From IMG/VR virus record IMGVR_UViG_3300033148_006048: a DNA stretch of 21,810 bases. One strand, written 5' to 3'. Source of the DNA: an uncultured virus (IMG/VR IMGVR_UViG_3300033148_006048). Its lineage: Duplodnaviria > Heunggongvirae > Uroviricota > Caudoviricetes. The translations under genes and the position numbers were made by a program. Below the pieces are notes generated by a model. It did no database searches, was not told the DNA's origin, and saw only the letters and a program-made list of their open reading frames with translations. This document shows, one piece after another, positions 1 through 8,801 of the stretch (positions are counted from its first letter, which is position 1; each line of letters begins with the position of its first letter).

Positions 1-108
1 AAAGTTCATATTGATGAGCAATATGACTTATCACCACGGGTAGTTAAAGATACGAACTGCACCAAAACCACCCGTGTTATTCTCCTTTATATTAGTTTCA
101 TTTGTCAT
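1..108 (-). CDS. 5' end of a probable glycosyltransferase, interrupted by an 8-nt frame break (26-33); runs off the window
   Basis: ATG at 108 overlaps the HNH 3' end and reads MTNETNIKENNTGGFGAVRIFNYPW, then TGA TAA GT, then HIAHQYEL in another frame. Joined, RIFNYPW-HIAHQYEL resembles a GT-B first strand and loop (recalled similarity, not searched). Only 8 codons are visible after the break. Confidence 0.45.
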
Positions 109-352
109 AAACTAATTTAATTATTTTATTAAAATATTTAGTCCAATAACTTCTCTCACTTTTTCTATTAACAGAGGTATTACATTTGTGACATAAAGTT
201 ATTAAATTTTTTTCATCACAATTTTTCTTATCGTAATCAATATGGTGAACTGTCAACCAATTCTTTGATTTCTTTAAATCTCTTGGTTTTTTAGTATAAA
301 ATCCACATTTCTTACAAGTATAATTATCTCTAACTTTAATCTTATCTTTCAA
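98..352 (-). pseudogene. HNH endonuclease C-terminal domain (TTG start; probably the 3' part of a broken gene)
   Basis: RDNYTCKKC...VHHIDYDKKNC...NLITLCHKCN...RSYW: zinc-binding HNH/HNN motif. Confidence 0.85.
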
Positions 353-486
353 TTTTTTACACCAAAAAACTTAATTTCTGCAAATCTTTTTTCAATTCTT
401 CTGCCACAATTGCAAAAATTATCTGATTGAGCAAAAATATTTTTATTATATTCTTTTCTTAATTTACATTCAAAACATTTTTTCAT
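349..486 (-). pseudogene. 45-aa Cys-rich ORF, likely the out-of-frame N-terminal part of the HNH gene
   Basis: ATG at 486: MKKCFECKLRKEYNKNIFAQSDNFCNCGRRIEKRFAEIKFFGVKN*. Its TGA overlaps the TTG of the HNH domain (TTGA). Confidence 0.55.
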
Positions 487-490
487 ATTT

Positions 491-1078
491 TTATTTAATT
501 ATTTTATCAATTATTCCAAACTTTAATGCTTGTTTAGTAGTTATAAAATCATCAATATTTGAATCCATATAATACTTAATCTGCTCAACTGTCATTTTAG
601 TTTTTTCTTTTATTATGTCCATTAAAATTTTATTATAATAATCGGATGATTTTACATAACTTTTAGCTTGTGTATTTTTTTGATATCCTAAATCATAAGC
701 AATTTCATGTATTAAAATATCTGAATGCTCAAATGCTTTTCTCTTGTGACCACAAATCAATAATATTGCTCCTGCGCTATATGCTTTACCAAGAACAATT
801 GTATTAATTTGTTTTTTAGAGTTTTTTATCAAATCAATTAATGGAACTAATGCCATAACTTGACCACCATTACTATTAATATAAATAGTAATTTCTTTTG
901 TATTATTATCTTTAATCATTCCATCTAATTTGAAAAAAATATTTTCCATCATTTCATCATTAAATTCAGAATTAATAATAACAATTCCCTTTTTTTCTAG
1001 CCCAGTTCTATTTTTGATATTTTCTTCAATTATCTTTTTTTCTAACTCTTCTTTATTTTTATCAATTGATTCTATCAT
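491..1078 (-). CDS. clpP: ClpP-family serine protease subunit
   Basis: IYINSNGG, GKAYSAGAILL (catalytic Ser), ILIHE (His), DDFITTKQALKFGIIDKII (Asp and C-terminal motif). Confidence 0.9.
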   Translation of the reverse strand: MIESIDKNKEELEKKIIEENIKNRTGLEKKGIVIINSEFNDEMMENIFFKLDGMIKDNNTKEITIYINSNGGQVMALVPLIDLIKNSKKQINTIVLGKAYSAGAILLICGHKRKAFEHSDILIHEIAYDLGYQKNTQAKSYVKSSDYYNKILMDIIKEKTKMTVEQIKYYMDSNIDDFITTKQALKFGIIDKIIK

Positions 1079-1098
1079 AAGTTTCTAATATATTAGAA

Positions 1099-1863
1099 TT
1101 AAATTAAATACCTAGGGTCATTCTCCATTCCGCTTTTAATGCCGTGCTTCTCATTAACATAAGTCCGGTTTTTATTCTTAAGTTCTTCAAGGTTTTCCAA
1201 TTTACTAAAACTTGCCCCGTGGTGGTGGTGAATAACAATGCTCTTCTCAACCCCAATATGTAAACCCTCTTTTTTAACCCTAATACAATAATCCATATCG
1301 TCACCCATTCCAATATCAATCTTCTCATCTAAAAATCCAACCTTCTGAACAACATATTTACTCGTTATAGCGCAAACAAATGGAATAAAAGTTAAATACT
1401 GGTTGTCTTTTTCTTTTTGATAATTCTCCCAATAAATATCTTGGTCTTTAGCGTCCACTAACGGTGAAACCAAACCAAGGCTTTTGTCTTTTTTAATTTT
1501 TGTTTTAAGCGCCTTAAGCCAACCCTTCGGAACTTCCGTATCGTTATTCATAATAACGACATAATCCGCATCGCCTTTCAAAAATTCTTTTAATCCCTGA
1601 TTAACCGCCTTCACCCAACCAACATTTTCAGTATTCTGCTTAACCAAAAGATTCTTAGGCCAGATAACTTCTCTCTGGACTTTTTCTAAAACTTCTATAG
1701 CATTATCAGAAGCATTGTTAATTAAAATTACTCGATAAGGCACGGTTGTCATTTGAGAAATACTCTCCAAGCATTTTAAAGTCAACTCATTATTATTCCA
1801 CCAAGGAACTATAATATCTATTGGCTTTCCAACTGGTTGTTTTTCTCTTTTTTCTTCTCCCAT
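1099..1863 (-). CDS. GT2-family glycosyltransferase
   Basis: IDIIVPWWNN...CLESI, ILINNASD, ENVGWVKAVNQG, MNNDTEV, VGFLDE, GDDMDYCIR, IHHHHGAS. Confidence 0.93.
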   Translation of the reverse strand: MGEEKREKQPVGKPIDIIVPWWNNNELTLKCLESISQMTTVPYRVILINNASDNAIEVLEKVQREVIWPKNLLVKQNTENVGWVKAVNQGLKEFLKGDADYVVIMNNDTEVPKGWLKALKTKIKKDKSLGLVSPLVDAKDQDIYWENYQKEKDNQYLTFIPFVCAITSKYVVQKVGFLDEKIDIGMGDDMDYCIRVKKEGLHIGVEKSIVIHHHHGASFSKLENLEELKNKNRTYVNEKHGIKSGMENDPRYLI

Positions 1864-1885
1864 ACATTTTTCGTTAATTTATAAA

Positions 1886-2041
1886 TTATTTTAAATAATT
1901 ATCAATCCTTTTAACTACTTGACCAATTTGTTTTTGTGGTTTGTAAATATCGTCACCTTCTACCATCATTTGAAATCTAAATAATAAACTAGACAATTCT
2001 ATCATTTCTTCTCTAGTTAATTCTTTTATTTTTTGAGTCAT
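1886..2041 (-). CDS. hypothetical 51-aa protein
   Basis: ATGA-coupled to the upstream gene; MTQKIKELTREEMIELSSLLFRFQMMVEGDDIYKPQKQIGQVVKRIDNYLK* fills the gap. Confidence 0.7.
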   Translation of the reverse strand: MTQKIKELTREEMIELSSLLFRFQMMVEGDDIYKPQKQIGQVVKRIDNYLK

Positions 2042-2610
2042 AAATTATTTAATTTATCTATCAATTCGTGGTCATATTTCTGCCATTGTCCTCTCTTTTT
2101 TTTCATCTCATTGACTCTTTTATAATATTCAGGTGTTTGTTTAAAGCCATGTAGACTAGCCACACCCTCAACAACTTGACACCGTCTCGGATTTTTAAAT
2201 ACCTCTTGATTCCAAAACTCCCTCTCGGGTCTCAGAACTTGTCTAAAAAAGTTTTTCTTGTACTTCTGTCCAGCTTCTATCACTTTATGGTTCATAGCTT
2301 TAGGACCAGAGTGACTTTGAGAATAGTGCAGAAAATCAAATGGTCTAAAATTCCACCACCAGATTTCTTCATTCGGGTCAGACTTAAACGCTTCTTCTAA
2401 TAATTCTTTAAACTTTGGAAGCACAATTAAGTCGGCATCACACCTAATAACCCACTTTTCATCTTTCGCCATCTCTAAAAACTGTTCATACTTTTGAGAT
2501 AAAGTAGTCTTTGGGTCATAAAGTAAAACAGTCTCAAAACCCAATCTCTTTAAAGACCATTGGCAGATATCAGTTGTCTTTTCTCCTATTGAGAATACGA
2601 ATGCCTTCAT
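2038..2610 (-). CDS. short GT-A-fold glycosyltransferase-like protein
   Basis: N-terminal beta strand AFVFSIGE followed by a helix; WVIRCDADLIV DxD motif; similar in layout to 3779-4294. Confidence 0.65.
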   Translation of the reverse strand: MKAFVFSIGEKTTDICQWSLKRLGFETVLLYDPKTTLSQKYEQFLEMAKDEKWVIRCDADLIVLPKFKELLEEAFKSDPNEEIWWWNFRPFDFLHYSQSHSGPKAMNHKVIEAGQKYKKNFFRQVLRPEREFWNQEVFKNPRRCQVVEGVASLHGFKQTPEYYKRVNEMKKKRGQWQKYDHELIDKLNNL

Positions 2611-2828
2611 TGTTTTCTTGGTAATTCAGCTACAAGACTTTCAGATTCATTACCATCTTTATCTTTCACTTTTATCCATATTTCATCAGTATCATCTCCA
2701 CAAACAGTATGAATTATATTCGGACAAATCTGCCTAATAGCAGTAATAAAATCTGGATACTTATTATTAATTAAATCTTTGTCTATAATCTGTTTTTCGT
2801 CAATCTGAAATGCTAAAATTAGTTGCAT
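2607..2828 (-). CDS. hypothetical protein
   Basis: 73-aa ORF, ATGA overlap with the next gene. Confidence 0.65.
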   Translation of the reverse strand: MQLILAFQIDEKQIIDKDLINNKYPDFITAIRQICPNIIHTVCGDDTDEIWIKVKDKDGNESESLVAELPRKQ

Positions 2829-2843
2829 AAATTTATTCTTTAA

Positions 2844-3782
2844 TTACAAGATATAAGGATACCCAATAATCTCCTGCTTAAAAATTAATTCGAGTTTATC
2901 ACAAACCTTTTCCCAACTATATTTCTGAATCTCCATCCACCCCTCATCAGCTATCGCTCTCATTCTATTTCTATTACTATCAAGTTCCCTTATCGCTTCT
3001 ATAATATTATCAGTAACAACTGCTGTCTTATTATTAACTGCCCAAGGACAAACAGTGCCATTAGTTACTAACAAACAACCACAGGCAGTTGCTTCAGCCG
3101 CAGGGTTCGCCCAACCTCCCCATTTCTCCCAGCTGATAAAGATATGATGGTCATTATATAATTTAACTAATTCATTTTGGTCTGGCTGACACTGGGTTAC
3201 TTCTCTTTTATGTATATCATTATCAAAACAAGAAATCTCCAATGGCAAAAACTTAGTCGTTTCTTTTAATTGTCTTAGAATATGGTCAGCTTGTTTTTGC
3301 TCCTTACCGAATCGACCAAAAAATAATACCTTTAAGATTTTAGCGTTCCAATCTTTATCTTTTGTTATTCTGAAATGGTCGGTATTTACTCCACCGATAG
3401 CTAATTGACTGCCAGGAAAATTTTTAGCACATTCTAAACTATTAACAATAAACTCACAATCCTTAAACTTTTTATATTGCTCTAAATACTCAGGAAACGT
3501 GTTAATAACATAAACATACTTCTTCTTGGCCTGAATTTCGTTAAAGGCTCTCTGTCTTCTCGAATCTCCCGTAATAACAACGTCGGCCTTAATCTTCTCA
3601 CCATAAGGATAAAGTTCTCTCGGAAAATTACACTCAAACCAATTCTTATCGTAATCATGCCGATAATCTGTCTGATAAGCTACTACATCATGAAATCGGT
3701 CAGTTAAAGCATTACCAATCTCAAAAAATCGTCTGACACCGCCGTAAACTCCGAAATGTGGAAGTAATATTACTATTTTCAT
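2844..3782 (-). CDS. GT4/GT-B glycosyltransferase
   Basis: MKIVILLPHFGVYGGVRRFFEIGNAL; GGVNTDHF; LFFGR; ELVKLYNDHHIFI...GWANPAAEATACG; YSWEKV. Confidence 0.9.
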   Translation of the reverse strand: MKIVILLPHFGVYGGVRRFFEIGNALTDRFHDVVAYQTDYRHDYDKNWFECNFPRELYPYGEKIKADVVITGDSRRQRAFNEIQAKKKYVYVINTFPEYLEQYKKFKDCEFIVNSLECAKNFPGSQLAIGGVNTDHFRITKDKDWNAKILKVLFFGRFGKEQKQADHILRQLKETTKFLPLEISCFDNDIHKREVTQCQPDQNELVKLYNDHHIFISWEKWGGWANPAAEATACGCLLVTNGTVCPWAVNNKTAVVTDNIIEAIRELDSNRNRMRAIADEGWMEIQKYSWEKVCDKLELIFKQEIIGYPYIL

Positions 3783-4294
3783 TTATTATTCTCCTCCCAA
3801 ATATGTTTACCTATAATAAATTGTTTGTGTCCGCTAGTAACTCGTCTTAAACCTTTATACATATGTAACCAATAAACCATCTCGCTCTCGGCTTTTCTCG
3901 GTATCTTCCCGCCAAAAACTTTTTGAATCGCGTAATGCCAAGCCTTGCTACATTTATTCCTCTTGTAAAAATGAACACCCGGAATAACTCCTCTCTTCGT
4001 GTCCTCAACCCAAGTCGTAAAGCAAAATAATTTCTTAAAAACCCGTTCCATATATTTACAATAGTCTTCAATCTCTTTTCTCGAAGCCGTTAAAATAACG
4101 TCCGCGTCAAGCGCTATAACCCAATCATATTCTTCCATCATGCTCCCAACCTCTAAAGTCCGCCGAGCCGCCTTCTCAAGCGGAATACATCCCTGAGCTA
4201 TATAATAATCAAAACCCCGCTCCTCAACCGCCTTAATACAATCTGGCAAAGTCTTTTCATCCAGCGTCCTAATTATCACATATACCTTTTTCAT
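3779..4294 (-). CDS. short GT-A-fold glycosyltransferase-like protein
   Basis: VYVIIRTLDEKTLPDCIKAV; YDWVIALDADVIL DxD motif. Confidence 0.7.
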   Translation of the reverse strand: MKKVYVIIRTLDEKTLPDCIKAVEERGFDYYIAQGCIPLEKAARRTLEVGSMMEEYDWVIALDADVILTASRKEIEDYCKYMERVFKKLFCFTTWVEDTKRGVIPGVHFYKRNKCSKAWHYAIQKVFGGKIPRKAESEMVYWLHMYKGLRRVTSGHKQFIIGKHIWEENNK

Positions 4295-4355
4295 TCTTAA
4301 TAAATAAATAATAAACTTCCTGTTCCCTGTTTAAATTGCGCCTCGGTATAATCAT

Positions 4356-5162
4356 CTATTGTTTGCTCAGCATACATTTCTGGCATATCTGTAATACGTT
4401 TAAATTTCTTAGATATTGTTTTCGTTTACAGCAATACCAAATGTTTCTAATCTCTCTCGCCTGTAAATTCGGAAGCGGATATTCCCCAAACCAATCCCTG
4501 CAACAAAGATACGGCGTTCCGTCCCAGCCAACAACCAATCTACTTCCAACGTTGTGCCTACATTTTACAGGCTGAAAATCCTTAACCTTAACCTCGTCAT
4601 TATAATCCGTCATCTTGTTAACAATAACCTTATCACACTTGTCCTTAAAAAATTCTTTCAGCTTTTCTGCGCTCCCATTAACGTCAACTCCCGTCACCCA
4701 AATCTGCGTCTTGCTTCCTGTCGCGTCCCGTTCTTTAACCAAACTCTCAAAATTCGACATAACCTTATCATAACTTAATCCTCTTCTAATCTTTTCGTAT
4801 TCTTCTTTGTCTGGGGAATCAATACTGAACCAAACCTTATCGCAATTCTCCAAAACAAATTTCCTTTTTTTCTCGTCAAGTAAAGAACCATTAGTCACAA
4901 GTAAAATCTCCATTCCCTTATCTTTAGCATACTTGACAATTTTTTCAAATTTTGGTGAAAGTAAAGGCTCACCAAACCATTGCGGTTTCAAAAGCCTTGC
5001 TCCCATCTTGTAAGCTTCATTGATTATCTTCACCGCAATATTATAACTCATAAATCCCGGGCTTCCCTTCCTCATCAATTTGTCCCGTGGACACATCAAG
5101 CAATTACTATTGCACCGAATACTCAACTCAAGCTGTAACTCTGTCAATTTATTTGTTTGCAT
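4356..5162 (-). CDS. radical SAM protein with SPASM/twitch C-terminal domain
   Basis: ELSIRCNSNCLMC (CxxxCxxC), FGEPLL, VTNGSLL, FSIDS; C-terminal C...VGWDGTPYLCCRD...ICQKC. Confidence 0.93.
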   Translation of the reverse strand: MQTNKLTELQLELSIRCNSNCLMCPRDKLMRKGSPGFMSYNIAVKIINEAYKMGARLLKPQWFGEPLLSPKFEKIVKYAKDKGMEILLVTNGSLLDEKKRKFVLENCDKVWFSIDSPDKEEYEKIRRGLSYDKVMSNFESLVKERDATGSKTQIWVTGVDVNGSAEKLKEFFKDKCDKVIVNKMTDYNDEVKVKDFQPVKCRHNVGSRLVVGWDGTPYLCCRDWFGEYPLPNLQAREIRNIWYCCKRKQYLRNLNVLQICQKCMLSKQ

Positions 5163-5454
5163 AAGGTGAAAACTTACAATTAGAACACTTAAACTTCTTC
5201 CATTTTTTAAGTTCGTATTTTGGGTAAAAATTCAATCTAACTTTCTTACCACATTTCGGGCAAACAAAATATGGCAGAAACTTAACTCTTCTTGCGTCGT
5301 TATATTTTTTGGCCTGATTGCTCGCACAATCTTTACACCACCAGTGAAAACCGTCTGATGCTTTTTTATTCTGACAAAATTTTTCAATCGGTTTCCTTAT
5401 CCTGCAATTCGTGCAGACTTTCGTTTTAAAGCGTTTTTTCTTAGCATATACCAT
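5149..5454 (-). CDS. basic double zinc-finger protein
   Basis: CTNC...DGFHWWCKDC and CPKC...CSNC; no nuclease catalytic motif seen. Confidence 0.7.
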   Translation of the reverse strand: MVYAKKKRFKTKVCTNCRIRKPIEKFCQNKKASDGFHWWCKDCASNQAKKYNDARRVKFLPYFVCPKCGKKVRLNFYPKYELKKWKKFKCSNCKFSPYANK

Positions 5455-6400
5455 ATTCTTCCAACTTATCCCTTATATACCCTGTAATAGCCGTTTTGGA
5501 GTCATAAACCATACTGTAATACTCTCCGCTCCTCTTTTCCCAGTATTTATAGTTGTCTACTATGTTTTGTAGGTCATCTTCCCAGCCCTCTTTGTTAAAA
5601 TCAATCTCAGGCCAATATTTCTTGTAGCTTATAGCATTATCATAACTATTCTTCCTTAAAACTACCGCCTGACCAAGCGCTGAGTGTTCAAGCATCCTCG
5701 CTGAATACTCTCCAATGCCAGGTGGATTCAAACAAATCTTCCATTCAAAACTTTTCCTCATATACTCATTAAATCCCATTTTCCCGTGATGGTAAAAGTT
5801 AAATCTACTTTTTACCAATTTGTCATATAAATCTTGCCTCGTTTTAATATAATAATATCCGTTATGTTCACCGCTCCCAATCCCGAAATGCCATTTATCT
5901 GTCCAAGCCACTAAAGGAAAATCAACTGCCGGCTTCGGGTGTTTATACGGCTCAAGTCCCGCACAAAATCCAATATCATATTTCTTTTTTGTTGCTTCCT
6001 TAAGTTTTATTAAATTCTTTCTATGGTACTGTGTCTCGTCATAAAAATCCTGATAATAACACATAATAAAGAAAGGCAACACGTCTCCACCATTCCTCTG
6101 AGCAATTTCCCTAGTCGTCTTTGTCTTCTCTGACGAATAAGAAGTTTTAAACATCAAAAATTTCTTACCCCTACATTCCTCAACAATCCGCATAATCCGT
6201 CCACAATATTCCTCAACCCCTAAATCCTCATTAATCCCGTCCGAACTGTCAATATAAAAGTTTCCCGTTCTCCCATAAAAACTCATCGTTTTCCTTATCT
6301 TCTCGGGACCAACATGCTTCGCGAACCCTGAAGTCCGCCACTCGCTCATTTTCTTTTCAAAAAATTTAAACCTTCTCCTGTTGTAATAAATCCTGAACAT
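5441..6400 (-). CDS. putative GT-B-like glycosyltransferase (exostosin/GT90-like C-terminal domain)
   Basis: KYDIGFCAG...R..L...EYMRKSFEWKICLNPPGIGEYSARMLEHSALG resembles the nucleotide-sugar-binding lobe of such families; cluster context. Confidence 0.55.
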   Translation of the reverse strand: MFRIYYNRRRFKFFEKKMSEWRTSGFAKHVGPEKIRKTMSFYGRTGNFYIDSSDGINEDLGVEEYCGRIMRIVEECRGKKFLMFKTSYSSEKTKTTREIAQRNGGDVLPFFIMCYYQDFYDETQYHRKNLIKLKEATKKKYDIGFCAGLEPYKHPKPAVDFPLVAWTDKWHFGIGSGEHNGYYYIKTRQDLYDKLVKSRFNFYHHGKMGFNEYMRKSFEWKICLNPPGIGEYSARMLEHSALGQAVVLRKNSYDNAISYKKYWPEIDFNKEGWEDDLQNIVDNYKYWEKRSGEYYSMVYDSKTAITGYIRDKLEEYGIC

Positions 6401-6977
6401 TTTTTATCTTCTCCCACCAAAGCTCTGGCCTCTTACTAGCAATTAAAAAAAAGTAAATACAATTATTCGCGTCCCTGTTCTGTGACAAATAAACTGGTGT
6501 TATCTCTCTATTTTCGCACATTTTTCTAATCGCTTCTTCCGAAAACCGCCAATAATCACCATAACTTTTATCAGTCGCAGGGTGATATTCCTGCATCCAC
6601 GGCAACACCAATATCAAAATGTCCCGCGTCATATAACATAAATTCTTAAAGGCCGTCTGAAAATCGTAAACATGCTCTAGTGTTGTATGATTAAACACCG
6701 TATCAAAAGCACCATACATCTTAGAGTCCAATGGTTTTTCTAAATCTAGCTCAATCTCGCCTTTCTTGCCTTGAAACCCCCGATAATCTTCCCTAAAATT
6801 GGTTATCGTATAACTCTTGCAACCCCTAAAATAATAACTATAATTACAATTACTTTTGTCATTGTCTTTCCATGCTGACACATTAACAATGTCACCTTTA
6901 AAAAGACCGACAAATTTTTTTAATTCGTTATTTGACCATTCTCGGTTTAAGATTGGTTTAGTATCGTTCAGAATCAT
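6366..6977 (-). CDS. class I SAM-dependent methyltransferase-like protein
   Basis: ELDLE, FDTVFNHTTLEHVYD, LVLPWMQEYHP...GDYWRFSEEAI; motif I is degenerate (IVNVSAW). Confidence 0.75.
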   Translation of the reverse strand: MILNDTKPILNREWSNNELKKFVGLFKGDIVNVSAWKDNDKSNCNYSYYFRGCKSYTITNFREDYRGFQGKKGEIELDLEKPLDSKMYGAFDTVFNHTTLEHVYDFQTAFKNLCYMTRDILILVLPWMQEYHPATDKSYGDYWRFSEEAIRKMCENREITPVYLSQNRDANNCIYFFLIASKRPELWWEKIKNVQDLLQQEKV

Positions 6978-8613
6978 ACATCTTATATAATAATAACTTA
7001 CTTTCTTTTATTTGATTTCGTATTTCGGGGAGGTGCTTAGAACTTTTAATCTCTTTAGCTTTGGCACTCTCAAGAAATGAAAACTTGCCTCCTTGCTTCT
7101 TCCAACGAGTCCTAACTTCTTGAGTCATACCTCCGTATTTTGTAATTCTTTCATTAAAAAGACCGAACGCTATACAGAAATTTCGTCTAACTGCTGAGAA
7201 ATTCTCAACAAATGCTACCTTTGTACTACTACCTTTTTTGCCGTTAAACCAAACTCTCTTCTCTCCACCTTCATTAATAGCGCCAGCGTTCTCAACTGCA
7301 TTAACAAAATTATAGACCGCATCCTCGTAAGGGCACAGCCTACTATCGTTAAAAACCAAAATCTCACCAGCCGATTCTATTACTCCAAGATTCCTAGCCA
7401 TCGCTAAATTGTAACCTTCTTTTCCAGTATATAATTGTTTTATAGGAAGTTCACACTCTGCAAAAGTCCTCTCTTTTTTTTCTACTTCATCCCAAATAAC
7501 TACTGCTTCAATATTTGGATAAGTCTGATTATCTAATGATTCTAAAATTTGTTCAACTTGCTCCTTTCTGTCATAAGTCGCAGGAATAATAACTGAAGCT
7601 AATTTATGCTCAGGGTGAACCACGCTATACCAAACCTTTTCATATTCTCTAGCCATCTTTTCTTCCAACATGTGCTTAACAACCTCAAATCCGCCCAATC
7701 TAAGGCTCTGTCTCAATTTAGCGTCCTTCATAAGCCTATTGAGCGCGAATCTAAGCGCTTTAAAGTCATTACACGGTACTACCAAGCAATTACTTTCATT
7801 TCGCGCGTATCCTTCCAAAATACCGGCCTGTCCCGTTGGCGTGGTAATAACCGGTACGCCACTCGCCCACGCTTCAAGCACCGGCAAAGGACCCTCTTCA
7901 TATCCCGGACCCGAATTATTAACAAAACAAGTCAAACTATTATAAAAATCTTTTCTCTCGTTGTCTTCACACTCAACATAGTCATATCGTATTTTATGTT
8001 TCGGAACATTCGCCCAATATTTGTAGTCAATAACTTTCCCCATCATCATCAATTCATAATCCAATTCCCGGCAAGCCTGCGCTAAATCTTTTAAATTCTT
8101 CCAAGCAACAACCCGCCCAGCATATCCAACAATCCCCCTTTGCGGTTCTTTGTCGTTCCATTTAAATAAATTCTGGTCAATTCCATACCGAATAACCTTA
8201 ACATTTTCTGCCACACCCTTCTCCTCCAACATCGTTTTGGCCTCGTTAGTATGGCACATAATCTGGTTAATCTCATAACAAGGTTTGTCTTTTATTCCCT
8301 GCCTCTTCTGCCAATTCCCGTGAAGTAATGCTTTATCTCTAACGTTGTGGTGCATTAAACAAGATTTATATGTCTTAAGTTCTGGTAATGCTTCAATAAG
8401 CTGTGAGGCACTTCTAAAGTACTCATACTGTATCAAATCAGGTTTGAATTTATTAACTAACGCAATAAAGGATAACTGAGTCTTTTGTTGTCCTGCGTCT
8501 CTCGGTGGAACATAAGCAAATTGAATTTGATGATGCTTGTTGAATTTTGCGACACTTTGAGCAAGCGTATCGATAGCCCAGCCTTGAATGTCACATACAA
8601 AAAGTATTTTCAT
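6958..8613 (-). CDS. bifunctional GT4 (N-terminal) + GT2 (C-terminal) glycosyltransferase
   Basis: GT-B: YGIDQNLF, VGYAGRVVAWKN, EEGPLPVLEAWASGVPVITT. GT-A: ASVIIPA, YNLAMARNLGVIESAGEILVFNDSR, GLFNE...YGG. Confidence 0.92.
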   Translation of the reverse strand: MKILFVCDIQGWAIDTLAQSVAKFNKHHQIQFAYVPPRDAGQQKTQLSFIALVNKFKPDLIQYEYFRSASQLIEALPELKTYKSCLMHHNVRDKALLHGNWQKRQGIKDKPCYEINQIMCHTNEAKTMLEEKGVAENVKVIRYGIDQNLFKWNDKEPQRGIVGYAGRVVAWKNLKDLAQACRELDYELMMMGKVIDYKYWANVPKHKIRYDYVECEDNERKDFYNSLTCFVNNSGPGYEEGPLPVLEAWASGVPVITTPTGQAGILEGYARNESNCLVVPCNDFKALRFALNRLMKDAKLRQSLRLGGFEVVKHMLEEKMAREYEKVWYSVVHPEHKLASVIIPATYDRKEQVEQILESLDNQTYPNIEAVVIWDEVEKKERTFAECELPIKQLYTGKEGYNLAMARNLGVIESAGEILVFNDSRLCPYEDAVYNFVNAVENAGAINEGGEKRVWFNGKKGSSTKVAFVENFSAVRRNFCIAFGLFNERITKYGGMTQEVRTRWKKQGGKFSFLESAKAKEIKSSKHLPEIRNQIKESKLLLYKMYDSERY

Positions 8614-8801
8614 ATAATTTTTTTATAATTAGCTAAATAACCTTTACCTTTGCCAATTGAATTAACAAGTAATATCTCAAAAAATTTTCGATACCACTGT
8701 ATATAAATCCACCATCTAAAATATTCATCTTTACCAGTCTTAGAATGTTCCGCTGGAGTTTTTTGTCCTCTAGTAAAAGGAATCGGTATATATATTTTCA
8801 T
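8610..8801 (-). CDS. hypothetical 63-aa protein
   Basis: Start and stop overlap both neighbours (TAATG, ATGA). Confidence 0.65.
   Translation of the reverse strand: MKIYIPIPFTRGQKTPAEHSKTGKDEYFRWWIYIQWYRKFFEILLVNSIGKGKGYLANYKKII

Noticed and set aside
4269..4355. 28-codon ORF MIIPRRNLNREQEVYY...
   Set aside because: Too short and unrecognisable; it may be a stub but cannot be supported.
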